This document shows, one piece after another, positions 9,777 to 19,780 of a stretch of 64,000 nt of DNA. Made by a program: the position numbers and the translations under genes. The DNA is from an uncultured Acidobacteriota bacterium (GTDB lineage Bacteria > Acidobacteriota > Vicinamibacteria > Vicinamibacterales > UBA2999). The stretch is from the NCBI GenBank assembly GCA_963814955.1, contig CAWFEX010000008.1:755992-819991 (forward strand), read 5' to 3'. Below the pieces are notes generated by a model. The model was not told the origin of the DNA. It saw nothing but the letters and a program-made list of their open reading frames with translations, and made no database searches. The stretch's first letter is position 1. Every line of letters starts with the position of its first letter.

Positions 9777-11390
9777 ATGATCGCCCTCATGGCAACTCGT
9801 CCTGCTTTTGCGGCTGCAGTGTTGGCAATGAGCGTTCTCGGAGTCGCGCTACCGGCCGCCGCCCAGACAGCGCAGCCGCGCTCGTTGTACGACCGCTACA
9901 CTGAACCGATTCAGCTCTTTACGACCGGGCTGGGCACGTTTACGAAGCCGATCTCCTCGACCAGCAAGGAGGCACAAGCCTTCTTCGACCAGGGCTTTCA
10001 GATGATGTACACCTTCGCCAAACAGGACGCCGTCCGATCCTTCCGTGAGGCGTGGAAACGCGATCCGGGCTGCGCGATCTGTTACTGGGGCGAAGCGTGG
10101 GCGTGGGGGTCGTATCTCAATGCGCCAATGAACGCCGAGGAAGCGCCGCACGCCTACGCGGCTGCGCAGAAGGCGCAGATGCTGAAAACCCGCGCCACGG
10201 CAAAGGAGCGTGAGCTCATCGATGCGATGGCGCTGCGATATGTCGAGAAATTCGACCCCGCAGGGCGGGTCGAGCAGGATCGCGCCTATGCGGACGCCAT
10301 GCAGACGGTGTCGGCGCATTATCCCGACGACCTCGAGATCGCCACGCTCTATGCCGACGCCCTCTTCTTGCTCGAGCCTCGCCGCGGCACGCGCGATGCG
10401 AACGACCCGAACGTCCGTCGGCTGCACCAACTGCTGGAGAGTATCCTGGCGCGGGACGTGCGGCATCCGGGCGCCTGCCACCTCTACGTGCACGCCACCG
10501 AATCGACCATCGTCCCGGGCCGGGCAGAGGCGTGCGCCGAGTTCCTGGGCCAATCGATTCCCGGCGCCAGCCACATCAATCACATGCCGTCCCACACCTG
10601 GAACGAAGTGGGCCGCTGGGGCGACTCGGTGCGCGCTAACCTGGCGGCGTGGCATTCGGATCAGAAAGCCGCGGTAGGGCAGGGCTTCGCCATCTATCCC
10701 GAGCACAATCTGCACATGCTGCTCTACGCGGCGTCGTACGACGGTCAAGGCGCCATCGCGATGCGGGCCGGCAAGGATTACACGAAGCTCACCGGAGAGT
10801 CGTTCTATGAAGTGCTGACACTCATTCGCTTCGGCCGCTTCGACGAGGTGCTCGAGGTAACGAACCGGCCGAAGGCCGATATCCAGGGTGGGCTGTGGGA
10901 CTTCGCCCAGGGCTATGCGCACCTCAAGCAGGGCAATACCGACTTTGCGGCACTCTATCTCGCGCGCGTCACGAAGGCCGCCGAGACGTCAACGGCCACA
11001 TTCCGCGTCCATCCGGCGAAGAACCTGCTCAGCATCGTCGCGGGCATCCTGGACGGAGAGATTCGGCGGATGGCCGGAGACCTCGACAGCGCCATTGCCG
11101 CATTCCAGCGCGCCGCTGATCTGCAGGCGGCGCTCGTCTACGACGAACCGGAACCGCTCCCCTTCTCGGCGTTCCATTGGCTCGGCGCTGCCCTTCTTCA
11201 AAGCACCCGGTTCAGCGAGGCAGAGAAGGCCTACCGGACCGAACTGAAGGACCACCCGCACAACGGCTGGTCGCTGCTTGGTCTGCAGCAGGCTCTCGCG
11301 GGTCAAGGGATCGCGGCGGCCGATGTGGACGGCGACCTCGCATCGAGTTGGTCGCGCGCGGACACCTGGATCCAGTCATCCCGCTTCTGA
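9777..11390 (+). CDS. Exported TPR-like protein of unknown function
   Basis: 537-aa ORF with a signal peptide (AAAVLAMSVLGVALPAAAQ), helical-repeat-like composition and good coding character. Confidence 0.7.
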   Translation: MIALMATRPAFAAAVLAMSVLGVALPAAAQTAQPRSLYDRYTEPIQLFTTGLGTFTKPISSTSKEAQAFFDQGFQMMYTFAKQDAVRSFREAWKRDPGCAICYWGEAWAWGSYLNAPMNAEEAPHAYAAAQKAQMLKTRATAKERELIDAMALRYVEKFDPAGRVEQDRAYADAMQTVSAHYPDDLEIATLYADALFLLEPRRGTRDANDPNVRRLHQLLESILARDVRHPGACHLYVHATESTIVPGRAEACAEFLGQSIPGASHINHMPSHTWNEVGRWGDSVRANLAAWHSDQKAAVGQGFAIYPEHNLHMLLYAASYDGQGAIAMRAGKDYTKLTGESFYEVLTLIRFGRFDEVLEVTNRPKADIQGGLWDFAQGYAHLKQGNTDFAALYLARVTKAAETSTATFRVHPAKNLLSIVAGILDGEIRRMAGDLDSAIAAFQRAADLQAALVYDEPEPLPFSAFHWLGAALLQSTRFSEAEKAYRTELKDHPHNGWSLLGLQQALAGQGIAAADVDGDLASSWSRADTWIQSSRF

Positions 11391-11438
11391 ACGCTCTGAG
11401 GAAGCCGCGTCGCGTAGACGAAGTCAATTGCCCGCGTA

Positions 11439-13400
11439 CTACTCAGTGTCGAGCGCAAATGCTACGAGTGCATCGCTCAACGGTTCCTCGCTGATCTTCG
11501 GGTGACCACCGGCGGCGATCACGACGTACTGCTTCCCATTCGGGGCTCTGTAGGTCATCGGCGTCGCATGACCACCTGCGGGCAGCGCGCCCTTCCAGAG
11601 TTCCTTGCCGTTCTCGACATCGAACGCGCGAAGATACCGATCGACTGCGCCGCCGATAAATGCCAACCCGCCGGCCGTGATAATTGGTCCGCCGAGGTTG
11701 ACTGAACCGGGCGGCACAGAAACGGTCGCGCCACCGAATCCCTGCATCGAGCCAAGTGGCACCTGCCAGAGGATCGATTCTGTATTGACGTCCAACGCGA
11801 CGAGCTGTCCCCACGGCGGCGGGCTGCATGGGAACCCGGATGGGGAGACCAGAAATTGCCGGAACATTCCATACGGCGCGTCCCCCTGCGGGCCATACTC
11901 GCCGTCCTCGCGCCGACGTCGAGGATCATCAAACTCTTTACGGGGGAGAAGACGCGCTCTGGTCGGCAGATTGTTGGTGTTGACGACAAGCAGGCCGCGA
12001 CCAGGGTCGAAGGCGTACCCGCTCCACGTCAGGCCTCCAGTGTTCCCCGGGTACAGCAGGCTGCCGCGCACGCTTGGCGGTGTGAAAAGGCCGTCGTTTC
12101 GCAGCCCGCTGATGGCTGCTCGGCAGGCTTCGCGATCGGCCGGCGTTGGCCCCCAGGCTTGGTCGGCTGATAGGCGTTGCGGGGTGAGAGCCGGCAGGGT
12201 CACAGGGAACGGCTGTGTTGGTGAGGCCGTTTCGTCTGGCACATCGCTCGAGGGAACAGGCCGTTCCTGGATCGGCGACGCGGGGTCGCCCGAGTCTCGA
12301 TGTAAGACGTAAATGAATCCGGTCTTGTTTCCTTGAATGACGACCGGTAGTCGCTGTGCGCCTCGAGTCAGGGTCGCCAGCAGTGGTGGCGACGCCGTGT
12401 CGTAATCCCAGAGATCGTGATGCACGAGCTGGAAGCCCCAGGCCACCTCTCCGGTTGCGGCACGTAGCGCGACAACCGAATTCGCCCACCTGTTATCGCC
12501 GGGTCGGAAGCCTCCGAAATAGTCAGGGCTTGCACTGCCTGTCGGCACGAACACGAGATGACGCTCGGGATCGGCCGCCATAATCGACCAGGCATTGGCC
12601 GCTCCACTCCTCCATCCGTAGCCGGGGGCGGTATTGGTCGCCGGAATCGGGTCCCATTTCCAACGGAGGTCGCCTGAGCGCGCATCGAAAGCCCGAACCA
12701 CACCGCCCGGCATATCCACCCGGTCGTTATCGTTGATGGACGAGCCCACGACAACCAGGTCGTCGATGATGGCCGGCGGCGAGGTCATGTGATAGACGCC
12801 GGGGCGATACGCGCTGACGTCGGCCAAACTCACTTGTCCGGCTTTTCCGAAGTCAGCGCACGGACTGCCGGTGGCTGCGTCGAGCGCGATCAGACGCGCG
12901 TCAAGAGTGGCCTCGTAGATGCGCCGGCGGCATGGCCGTCCAGCCGTTCCCCGCGGGTCAAGCCAGGTGGCCACTCCTCGGTTGATCAATCCGTCGCCGT
13001 AGTTCCACGTCGGATCGACCTTCGGGTCGTGCCTCCAGCGCTCTGTGCCGCGCTCGGGATCGAGCGCGATGACCTGGTTGGTCGGCGTCGTCAGGTACAG
13101 CGTGCCGTCTACGAAGATTGGTGTTGTCTGGAAGCCCGAGCGTCGACGGCCGCCGCCGCCATCGGACACATCGCCGGTACGAAATGTCCATGCCGCCGTG
13201 AGTCGCGCGACATTGTCGCGACCGATGTCGGCCAGAGGCGAGTAGCGCATTCCGCCCGGGTCACGCCCATAAGCCGGCCACTCACCGTCACCCATCGACA
13301 GAGTCGGGGAGGGCGCGTCAGCCACACAACTGTTAAACAGAAACAGAACGATGATGAGGCAGAGCCATTTCACCACGATGCCGACTATAGGCGCGTCCAT
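11439..13400 (-). CDS. PQQ-dependent (quinoprotein) dehydrogenase, glucose/sorbosone dehydrogenase-like beta-propeller
   Basis: 653 aa with an N-terminal TM/signal segment, WPAYGRDPGGMRYSPL, repeated W-motif propeller blades, and the C-terminal GGHATPMTY...YVVIAAGGH typical of PQQ dehydrogenases. Confidence 0.85.
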   Translation of the reverse strand: MDAPIVGIVVKWLCLIIVLFLFNSCVADAPSPTLSMGDGEWPAYGRDPGGMRYSPLADIGRDNVARLTAAWTFRTGDVSDGGGGRRRSGFQTTPIFVDGTLYLTTPTNQVIALDPERGTERWRHDPKVDPTWNYGDGLINRGVATWLDPRGTAGRPCRRRIYEATLDARLIALDAATGSPCADFGKAGQVSLADVSAYRPGVYHMTSPPAIIDDLVVVGSSINDNDRVDMPGGVVRAFDARSGDLRWKWDPIPATNTAPGYGWRSGAANAWSIMAADPERHLVFVPTGSASPDYFGGFRPGDNRWANSVVALRAATGEVAWGFQLVHHDLWDYDTASPPLLATLTRGAQRLPVVIQGNKTGFIYVLHRDSGDPASPIQERPVPSSDVPDETASPTQPFPVTLPALTPQRLSADQAWGPTPADREACRAAISGLRNDGLFTPPSVRGSLLYPGNTGGLTWSGYAFDPGRGLLVVNTNNLPTRARLLPRKEFDDPRRRREDGEYGPQGDAPYGMFRQFLVSPSGFPCSPPPWGQLVALDVNTESILWQVPLGSMQGFGGATVSVPPGSVNLGGPIITAGGLAFIGGAVDRYLRAFDVENGKELWKGALPAGGHATPMTYRAPNGKQYVVIAAGGHPKISEEPLSDALVAFALDTE

Positions 13401-13542
13401 ATCGAGGCCAGACGAAAAGTCCCCGGTCTGCGTACAGGCCGTGTACCAGCTTCAGCTGAACCAGTGATCTGGTTCGCAAGGTCAACGGAACCCGGCTCGG
13501 CAGGGCTCACGGGCATATGCATTGCTCCATTTGTCTATTGCA

Positions 13543-13758
13543 ATGAAGGTCCGCTTGACCAAAAAGCACGCCGAGTGCATCGACGGTGTTGATCTGACCG
13601 GACGGCAGGTGGGCGATGTCATGGACCTTGAACCACATGACGCCACACTGCTGGTTGCCGAACGGTGGGCAATGCCTGAGCGTCGTAAACGGTCGTCACC
13701 GACCGAGGATCGACGCAGAGCTGAGGACCGTCCACGGCGCGACTCTGACGCACGATAA
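13543..13758 (+). CDS. Small hypothetical protein (71 aa) immediately upstream of trxC
   Basis: ORF MKVRLTKKHAECIDGVDLTGRQVGDVMDLEPHDATLLVAERWAMPERR... ends 23 nt before trxC. No family was recognised. Confidence 0.35.
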   Translation: MKVRLTKKHAECIDGVDLTGRQVGDVMDLEPHDATLLVAERWAMPERRKRSSPTEDRRRAEDRPRRDSDAR

Positions 13759-13781
13759 CAAGACGTCGCGAAGGAGATCTC

Positions 13782-14255
13782 ATGAAGCTCGACCATCGCG
13801 GCGTCCTCGTCCTCTGCCCGTCGTGCGGCACGACCAACCGGCTCCAGTATCGATCACTCGAGCGCACGACGCGGTGTGGTAAGTGCCGTACAACGTTGCC
13901 CGCGCCTTCGGCGCCGATCGAGGTGAGCGATCAGACGGCCTTCGACGCGCTGGTGTCCGACTCGTCAGTCCCGGTCATTGTCGACTTCTGGGCCCAATGG
14001 TGCGGCCCCTGCCACATGATGGCGCCAGAGCTCGAGAAGGTCGCGCGCCACGTGGCGCGTGAGGCTCTCGTGGTGAAAGTGAACACGGAGACACAGCCGG
14101 AGCTGGCAGAGCGCTTCGGTATCCGGTCACTCCCGACGATAGCGGTCTTCCGCGACGGCCACGAAGCGACTCGCGTCGCAGGTGCACGGCCGGCCTCGGA
14201 GATCGAGGCGCTCGTGTCCCGGCCGACGCAGTCGTCGTCCACAAAAGCTGTCTGA
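13782..14255 (+). CDS. trxC: Thioredoxin 2 with an N-terminal zinc-finger extension
   Basis: CPSCGTTNRL...CGKCRTTL zinc finger followed by the WAQWCGPCHMMAP active site. Confidence 0.9.
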   Translation: MKLDHRGVLVLCPSCGTTNRLQYRSLERTTRCGKCRTTLPAPSAPIEVSDQTAFDALVSDSSVPVIVDFWAQWCGPCHMMAPELEKVARHVAREALVVKVNTETQPELAERFGIRSLPTIAVFRDGHEATRVAGARPASEIEALVSRPTQSSSTKAV

Positions 14256-14273
14256 CCAGACTTCGCTCGCCTG

Positions 14274-15977
14274 TTACGCGTGCTCGAAAACCTCGGCAAA
14301 TTGCTGCCGTTGGTCGTCGTTACCGAGCATCAGAAGCGTGCCGCCCTGCGGAAGCACGGTCTCGGCCGTGAGCTGTGTCGTGACGATCTCCCGCTCTTCG
14401 ATGGCCACGACGCTCAATCCCGTGAGTGAACCGATGCCGGTGTTCGAAAGCGGCTGCCCCGCCAGTGAGGGCGGCACCCGCACCTGGAACAGCCTGACCC
14501 CCTCGCCCAGCATCACCGTGGAGTCGCCGTTGACGAGCGACATGACGCTGTCGATTCCCAGCGACGTGTAGCTGAGCACGAAATCGGCGCCGGCGCGGTG
14601 AATGGCCTCGACGTTGCGCTCGTGCGTGATGCGGCTCACGATCCGGAGGCCGGGATTGAGCTTGCGGCAGTAGACCGCCAGGTAGATGTTCATGGCATCG
14701 TCGTTGGTGGTCAACAGCACCGAAGCGGCGCGTCCGACGCCCGCCCGTTCGATCGTCTCGCGGTCCGAGGCATCGCCCGCGTACACCGCATCCACGGTCG
14801 GCCCGAGGGTCGCAAGTGCCTTTTCATCGCGATCGAGCGCATAGACGACCAGCGCCTTTTGCTTCAGCGCCCGTGCGGCGGCCTGCCCGACCTTGCCCGC
14901 GCCAATCACCAGCACCGGCGCCGTCGTGCCCTCCCGCGCAATCAGCGCATTGAGCGCGCCAATCTGCGGGGCCGATCCAGCCACGACTGCGACGGCATCG
15001 GCAGGAATTCTCGTGTGCGGGAAGGCGGGCTGCAACCGACCGCGCTCCCACAGCCCGACGACGCTCAAGCCGGTGAGCTCGCGCAGGTGCGTATCGCGCA
15101 CGAGCGCGCCCGCAAGGACCGTATCGCGCACCGGCAGCTCGGCGACATGCACGTTGCGGAAGGACCCGATCACGTGTGCCTCCGCGCGGCCGGTATCAAC
15201 CCGGTTGGCCAGCGACTCTCCGAGCTGGCGCTTCAGCGGCAGTACCGTGGTGGCACCACTGAGCTGAAGGATGTCAACCGAGTCCTCCTCCTCGACGACG
15301 GCCGCGATGTGCACCTGCGGGGCGACTTCGCGAACGGTCAACGTGATGTTCGTGTTGGCCGTATCCTCGCAGTTGGCGACGACAAGCCGTGCAGCAGGAG
15401 TGCGCAAGCGCTCATAGGTTGCGCGGCTGTCGTTCTCGCCGGCAATCACGGACAGATCGTCGCTGACAAACCCCGCCGCCTTCGCGGCGTCCGGCTCGAC
15501 GATGAAGAACGGTATGCGGGCCGCATTCAGCCGCTCGACCAGACCGGCCGCCACCGCGTCGTATTCGGTGATGATCACGTGTCCTCTCGTTCCGGCTCGG
15601 ACCTCGCGCGGGGCGCGCAGCCGCACCCGCGACTCGAGCCAGGGCGCATAAAAGAGCCGGATGAACAGAAATGGCAGCATCACGAGAAGGAACACCACGC
15701 CCGACACGAGGACGACCATACTGAACAGGCGGCCGATGTCGCTCGTGAAGGTGATGTCGCCAAATCCCAGCGTCGTCATCACCACGAGCGTCCAGTAGAA
15801 GCCTGTAATCCAAGAGTGCTGCTGACCCTCGACGCGGCCCATGATTACGTGGAAGAGCACGGCGTATACCGTGACCATGAGGACGAGAAAGGCGAAGTAC
15901 TTCAGGAGAGCGGTGAGATTGGCTCGCGTCTCGCCGGCGGCAAAGAGGAAGCCGAACTGGCTGGACACATACTTCAT
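14274..15977 (-). CDS. Potassium channel with tandem RCK/TrkA domains
   Basis: Selectivity filter TTLGFGDITF, two TM helices, then Rossmann-type RCK domains (VLVIGAGKVGQAAARAL) and TrkA_C-like segments. Confidence 0.85.
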   Translation of the reverse strand: MKYVSSQFGFLFAAGETRANLTALLKYFAFLVLMVTVYAVLFHVIMGRVEGQQHSWITGFYWTLVVMTTLGFGDITFTSDIGRLFSMVVLVSGVVFLLVMLPFLFIRLFYAPWLESRVRLRAPREVRAGTRGHVIITEYDAVAAGLVERLNAARIPFFIVEPDAAKAAGFVSDDLSVIAGENDSRATYERLRTPAARLVVANCEDTANTNITLTVREVAPQVHIAAVVEEEDSVDILQLSGATTVLPLKRQLGESLANRVDTGRAEAHVIGSFRNVHVAELPVRDTVLAGALVRDTHLRELTGLSVVGLWERGRLQPAFPHTRIPADAVAVVAGSAPQIGALNALIAREGTTAPVLVIGAGKVGQAAARALKQKALVVYALDRDEKALATLGPTVDAVYAGDASDRETIERAGVGRAASVLLTTNDDAMNIYLAVYCRKLNPGLRIVSRITHERNVEAIHRAGADFVLSYTSLGIDSVMSLVNGDSTVMLGEGVRLFQVRVPPSLAGQPLSNTGIGSLTGLSVVAIEEREIVTTQLTAETVLPQGGTLLMLGNDDQRQQFAEVFEHA

Positions 15978-16020
15978 GGCGCGCGACGTATGTTAGTGCG
16001 CGCCCTGCGTTCGCGGGATG

Positions 16021-16055
16021 CGGACTTCAGGTCCGCCTGAAGGCAGACACTACGT
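16021..16055. repeat. Degenerate copy of the REP-like palindromic unit
   Basis: cggacttcaggtccgcctgaaggcagacactacgt resembles tccggctgaagccggacactacgt at 43442-43466. It lies between the convergent-to-tandem gene ends at 15977 and 16089. Confidence 0.4.
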
Positions 16056-16088
16056 TGTCGGTTGGATGAAGCGCTGAGCGCGCGGTAT

Positions 16089-17210
16089 TTATACGGCGGC
16101 TCTTCTGGGGATCCCGGCGCCGACGCCGACACCGACACCGCCGCGTTTGATCAGCGCCTCGAAGCCAGCCTTGTCGACCGCCTTGCTCATCGCTTCATCC
16201 GGCTCGACGAGCTTCTTCGTCACCAGGTCCATGAGCGCGTCGTTCAGGGTAACCATCCCGACGTTCTTGCCAACCTGCATCATCGACGGAATCTGGAACG
16301 TCTTGCCCTCTCTGATCAGATTGCTGATCCCTTGCGTCACCATCAGCACCTCGAGCGCCGCGACGCGGCCGCCGCCAATCTTGCGGCAGAGGTTCTGTGC
16401 GATGACCCCGCGAAGCGACTCCGACAACATGATGCGGATCTGCGCCTGGCGATCGGGTGGGAACTGGTCGATCACCCGGTCCACCGTCGACGCCGCGGTC
16501 GTGGTATGCAGGGTGCCAAATACCAGGTGACCCGTTTCGGCGGTCTCAATTGCGATGGCCACCGTCTCCAGGTCTCGCAGTTCACCGACGAGCACGATGT
16601 CCGGATCTTCTCTGAGCGCGGCGCGCAAGGCGTCCTTGAACGAGTCCGTGTGCGTGCGCACTTCGCGCTGATTGATGAGGCACTTCTGGTTCCGATGCAC
16701 GAACTCGATCGGATCCTCGATCGTAATGATGTGGTCGTGGCGATTCCGGTTGATGTAGTCGATCAGGGCGCACAGCGTCGTCGACTTTCCAGAACCAGTC
16801 GGCCCGGTCACCAGGATGAGCCCCTTGTTCAGATGACACAACTGCAGCACGTGTTGAGAGAGCCCCAGCTGCTCCGCAGTCAGGATGTTCGTGGGGATGA
16901 CGCGGAACACGGCCCCGGGACCCTTGCGGTCGACGAACGCGTTCGCGCGAAAGCGCGCCAGGTCCGGAATCTCGTACGCGAAGTCTGTATCGTGCCGCTC
17001 TGCGAATTCCTTCCGGTTGCGTTCGGGCATGATCGGCTCGAGCAGCGCGCCGATATCTGCGATGGTGAGCGCAGGCGCCGACGGATCCAGCGCTTCCATG
17101 CGGCCGTCTTTGCGGACAATTGGCGGCGACCCGACACATAGATGCAGATCGGACGCGCCCTTTGCGCACATCGCGTGAAAGAGCTGATCGATAGCTGCCG
17201 CTGAACTCAC
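16089..17210 (-). CDS. pilT: Type IV pilus retraction ATPase, PilT family
   Basis: 373 aa with ASDLHL, Walker A GPTGSGKSTTL, ALREDPDIVLVGELRD and ETGHLVFGTLHT. The GTG start overlaps the TGA of the upstream ORF (GTGA). Confidence 0.9.
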   Translation of the reverse strand: MSSAAAIDQLFHAMCAKGASDLHLCVGSPPIVRKDGRMEALDPSAPALTIADIGALLEPIMPERNRKEFAERHDTDFAYEIPDLARFRANAFVDRKGPGAVFRVIPTNILTAEQLGLSQHVLQLCHLNKGLILVTGPTGSGKSTTLCALIDYINRNRHDHIITIEDPIEFVHRNQKCLINQREVRTHTDSFKDALRAALREDPDIVLVGELRDLETVAIAIETAETGHLVFGTLHTTTAASTVDRVIDQFPPDRQAQIRIMLSESLRGVIAQNLCRKIGGGRVAALEVLMVTQGISNLIREGKTFQIPSMMQVGKNVGMVTLNDALMDLVTKKLVEPDEAMSKAVDKAGFEALIKRGGVGVGVGAGIPRRAAV

Positions 17211-17686
17211 GATATTGCCTCTTTGGCGTAGACGATGTGATCGGCGTTGATGATGAAGGTCGCGTGCGCGGTCTCGATGTACCAGAACCGCGGGCCGTGT
17301 CGGGCCCAGTCGCTCAGTCGATCGCGGCCCTCCGGCCGATACACCCGCACCGTCCCCTGGATGTGCAGGCCGTTGGACAGCAGAACCGATACGGTTCGCG
17401 CCGTCGCTACTCCGTAGCCTGGATCGCGGCTGGCCTCATCGTCCGAGACCTCGACGCACACGACGTGATCCCGGTTATAGAGCATCATCTGACCGTTCTG
17501 GTTTTCAAACGGGAAGAAGCCGGATTCCGAGTTGAGCAGCTCGGCGACGCGTTCTCGACCCGTCGACGTCGGGCTGGCCTTGGCAAGAAAAAAGTGCCCG
17601 ATGACCGCAGCGCCATTCGTCAGCCTGACGACGGCGTCGGAACGGTATTTTTCGACCCGGAACGCAGACGGCTCGGCGAGATTCAT
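17207..17686 (-). CDS. Hypothetical 159-aa protein with an internal duplication, translationally coupled to pilT
   Basis: Good coding character. The two halves align (VVRLTNGAAVIGHFFL...RERVAELL...MMLYNRDHVVCVEV versus VSVLLSNGLHIQGTVRV...RDRLSDWA...TFIINADHIVYAKE). There is a 4-nt overlap with pilT. Confidence 0.7.
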   Translation of the reverse strand: MNLAEPSAFRVEKYRSDAVVRLTNGAAVIGHFFLAKASPTSTGRERVAELLNSESGFFPFENQNGQMMLYNRDHVVCVEVSDDEASRDPGYGVATARTVSVLLSNGLHIQGTVRVYRPEGRDRLSDWARHGPRFWYIETAHATFIINADHIVYAKEAIS

Positions 17687-17822
17687 CCCAAGGTTTATCG
17701 GCGGCTCCTCGAAATCTCAACAGAATCGGCCCGTCGCGCGTCCCCTGGGGCGGGTCGGCTATAGTTCGCACGGCACGCAGGAATTCCGCGCCGGAGCGCG
17801 GGCGAGCGAATGGAGGCACGCA

Positions 17823-18245
17823 ATGACGAAGTGGAAGAGTCTGGCTGTCCTCGGCCTGGTGTTCGGGATGAGTGGCGTGACGTGGGGACTGGCGCAGCAG
17901 CGGCAGGCCAACCGATTCTTCGAGTTGAGGGTGTACACCGCCGCTCCCGACAGAATGGACAAGCTCGTGGGACGTTTCCGCGACCACACCACGCGGATCT
18001 TCGCGAAGCACGGGATGACCAGCGTGGGGTACTGGACGGCGGCATCGGGCGACAACGCCGAACGGACGCTCGTGTACATCCTGGCGTATCCGTCGAGAGA
18101 AGCGCGCGAAGCGTCCTGGAAGGCGTTCCAGGCCGATCCCGAATGGCAGAAGGTCGCCGCCGAAAGCCAGGCGGACGGCGTCAGGCTTGCCGAGAGAATC
18201 GACTCGCGTTACATGGTGCCGACTGATTTTTCACCGTTGAAGTAA
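17823..18245 (+). CDS. NIPSNAP-family protein with a signal peptide
   Basis: MTKWKSLAVLGLVFGMSGVTWGLA followed by FFELRVYTAAPDRMDKLVGRFRDHTTRIFAKHGM...W and a dimeric alpha-beta-barrel-like repeat. GGAGG lies upstream. Confidence 0.8.
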   Translation: MTKWKSLAVLGLVFGMSGVTWGLAQQRQANRFFELRVYTAAPDRMDKLVGRFRDHTTRIFAKHGMTSVGYWTAASGDNAERTLVYILAYPSREAREASWKAFQADPEWQKVAAESQADGVRLAERIDSRYMVPTDFSPLK

Positions 18246-18261
18246 GCGCCTGGAGAGCATC

Positions 18262-19758
18262 ATGCTGCAATTCAAATCCATCGTTGTGGCCGGGGTACTC
18301 GGCGCCGTCGCATTGGTGAACATGTCCTGTGCCGCAGGGTCTGAGCCGCGGACCGGCGATGGCGAATCCGACGGCGTCACCGTGATCGACACGGCCGGCG
18401 TCGTCGAACGCATGCTCGAGCGGACCGCCCCGCACGTTCCTGCAACCGCCACGGCTCCGAGCTTTGTCGTCGATCCGGGGTGGCCCAAGCCGCTGCCCAA
18501 CAACTGGCGCCTCGGCCAGATCGGCGGGCTGTTCGTCGATCGCCACGACAACATCTGGGTGTACCACCGTCCGCGATCGCTCAGCACTACCGAGGCCGGC
18601 GCGCTCGATGCGGTCGCGAAGGACGCAAAGGGCAATCCCGTCAGCGCGCTGGGACACCCCAGAGCGTACGGCCAGCATTCGGCGTGCTGCGTGCCGGCGC
18701 CCTCCGTGCTGCAGTTCGACAGGGCCGGGAATCTCCTTCAGGCCTGGGGAGGTCCATCCGATCCCGGCTTTCTGGAAAAGAAGTGCCGGCACGAGGACGG
18801 GTGCGACTGGCCGGCGCGCGAGCATGGCATCTATGTCGACCACAACGACTTCGTGTACATCTCCGGCAACGGCGAAGATTTCACGGGCCAGTTCCCGTGG
18901 GCCGCGACATTCGGCGACGACTCACACGTGCTGAAGTTCAAGACGGACGGCACATTCGTGCTGCAGATTGGATATGCGGGTACGAAACGTCCGAACAGTG
19001 ACGACACCAAAGGCGGGCTCAACGCCACGCCGCAGCCCTACCTGCCGGCCGACATGACGGTGGATCCGAAGACCAACTATCTCTATATCGCCGACGGCTA
19101 CGGCAACCGCCGCGTCCTCATCGTCGACGCGGCGACCGGCAAGTACGTGGGACATTTCGGCGCCTACGGACAGAACCCGGTTGACGCGGAGAACACCGTT
19201 ATTGGAGACGCCGGCTACGAGGTCGGTCTGTGGGCGGCCGAGTTCGACAAGGGCCAGACGCGGCCCAAATTCTTCCGAAGCCCGCTGCACTGCGCGAAGC
19301 TGTCCAATGACGGTTTGCTTTACGCGTGCGACCGCAACAACAACCGTATCCAGGTGTTCAAGACGGCCGAAGTCGGCAAGGTGTGCAGCAACCCTGATGG
19401 CGAGGTCGGGAAGTGCGGGTTCGTCGGCGAAGTACACGTCGCTCCGCAGAGCGCAGGCGGTACCGCCGGCTCGGTGAATTTCTCGCCAGACCCGGCGCAG
19501 AGCTGCATGTATGTGGCGGACCTCTCGAACAACACGATTTACACGCTCAAGCGCGACAACCTTCAGGAACTCGACCGCCTCGGTCGCGCGGGGCGCCAGA
19601 TCGGCGAGTTCCACTGGGTGCACGTTGTCAGCGTCGATTCAGAAGGCAACCTGTATACGGGCGAAGTCGACAACGCGAATCGCGTTCAGAAGTTTTTGCG
19701 CTACGGAGCGACAAGCTGCAGCGGCACCGGCGCCAGCGACGTCGGGAAGTATCACTAG
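18262..19758 (+). CDS. Exported NHL-repeat beta-propeller (peptidylamidoglycolate-lyase-like)
   Basis: A signal/lipobox-like N-terminus (LVNMSCAAG) and repeated YIADGYGNRRVLIVD / LYACDRNNNRIQVF / LYTGEVDNANRVQKF blades. Confidence 0.8.
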   Translation: MLQFKSIVVAGVLGAVALVNMSCAAGSEPRTGDGESDGVTVIDTAGVVERMLERTAPHVPATATAPSFVVDPGWPKPLPNNWRLGQIGGLFVDRHDNIWVYHRPRSLSTTEAGALDAVAKDAKGNPVSALGHPRAYGQHSACCVPAPSVLQFDRAGNLLQAWGGPSDPGFLEKKCRHEDGCDWPAREHGIYVDHNDFVYISGNGEDFTGQFPWAATFGDDSHVLKFKTDGTFVLQIGYAGTKRPNSDDTKGGLNATPQPYLPADMTVDPKTNYLYIADGYGNRRVLIVDAATGKYVGHFGAYGQNPVDAENTVIGDAGYEVGLWAAEFDKGQTRPKFFRSPLHCAKLSNDGLLYACDRNNNRIQVFKTAEVGKVCSNPDGEVGKCGFVGEVHVAPQSAGGTAGSVNFSPDPAQSCMYVADLSNNTIYTLKRDNLQELDRLGRAGRQIGEFHWVHVVSVDSEGNLYTGEVDNANRVQKFLRYGATSCSGTGASDVGKYH

Positions 19759-19780
19759 ACCGCTTTCGTATTGGCATTGG

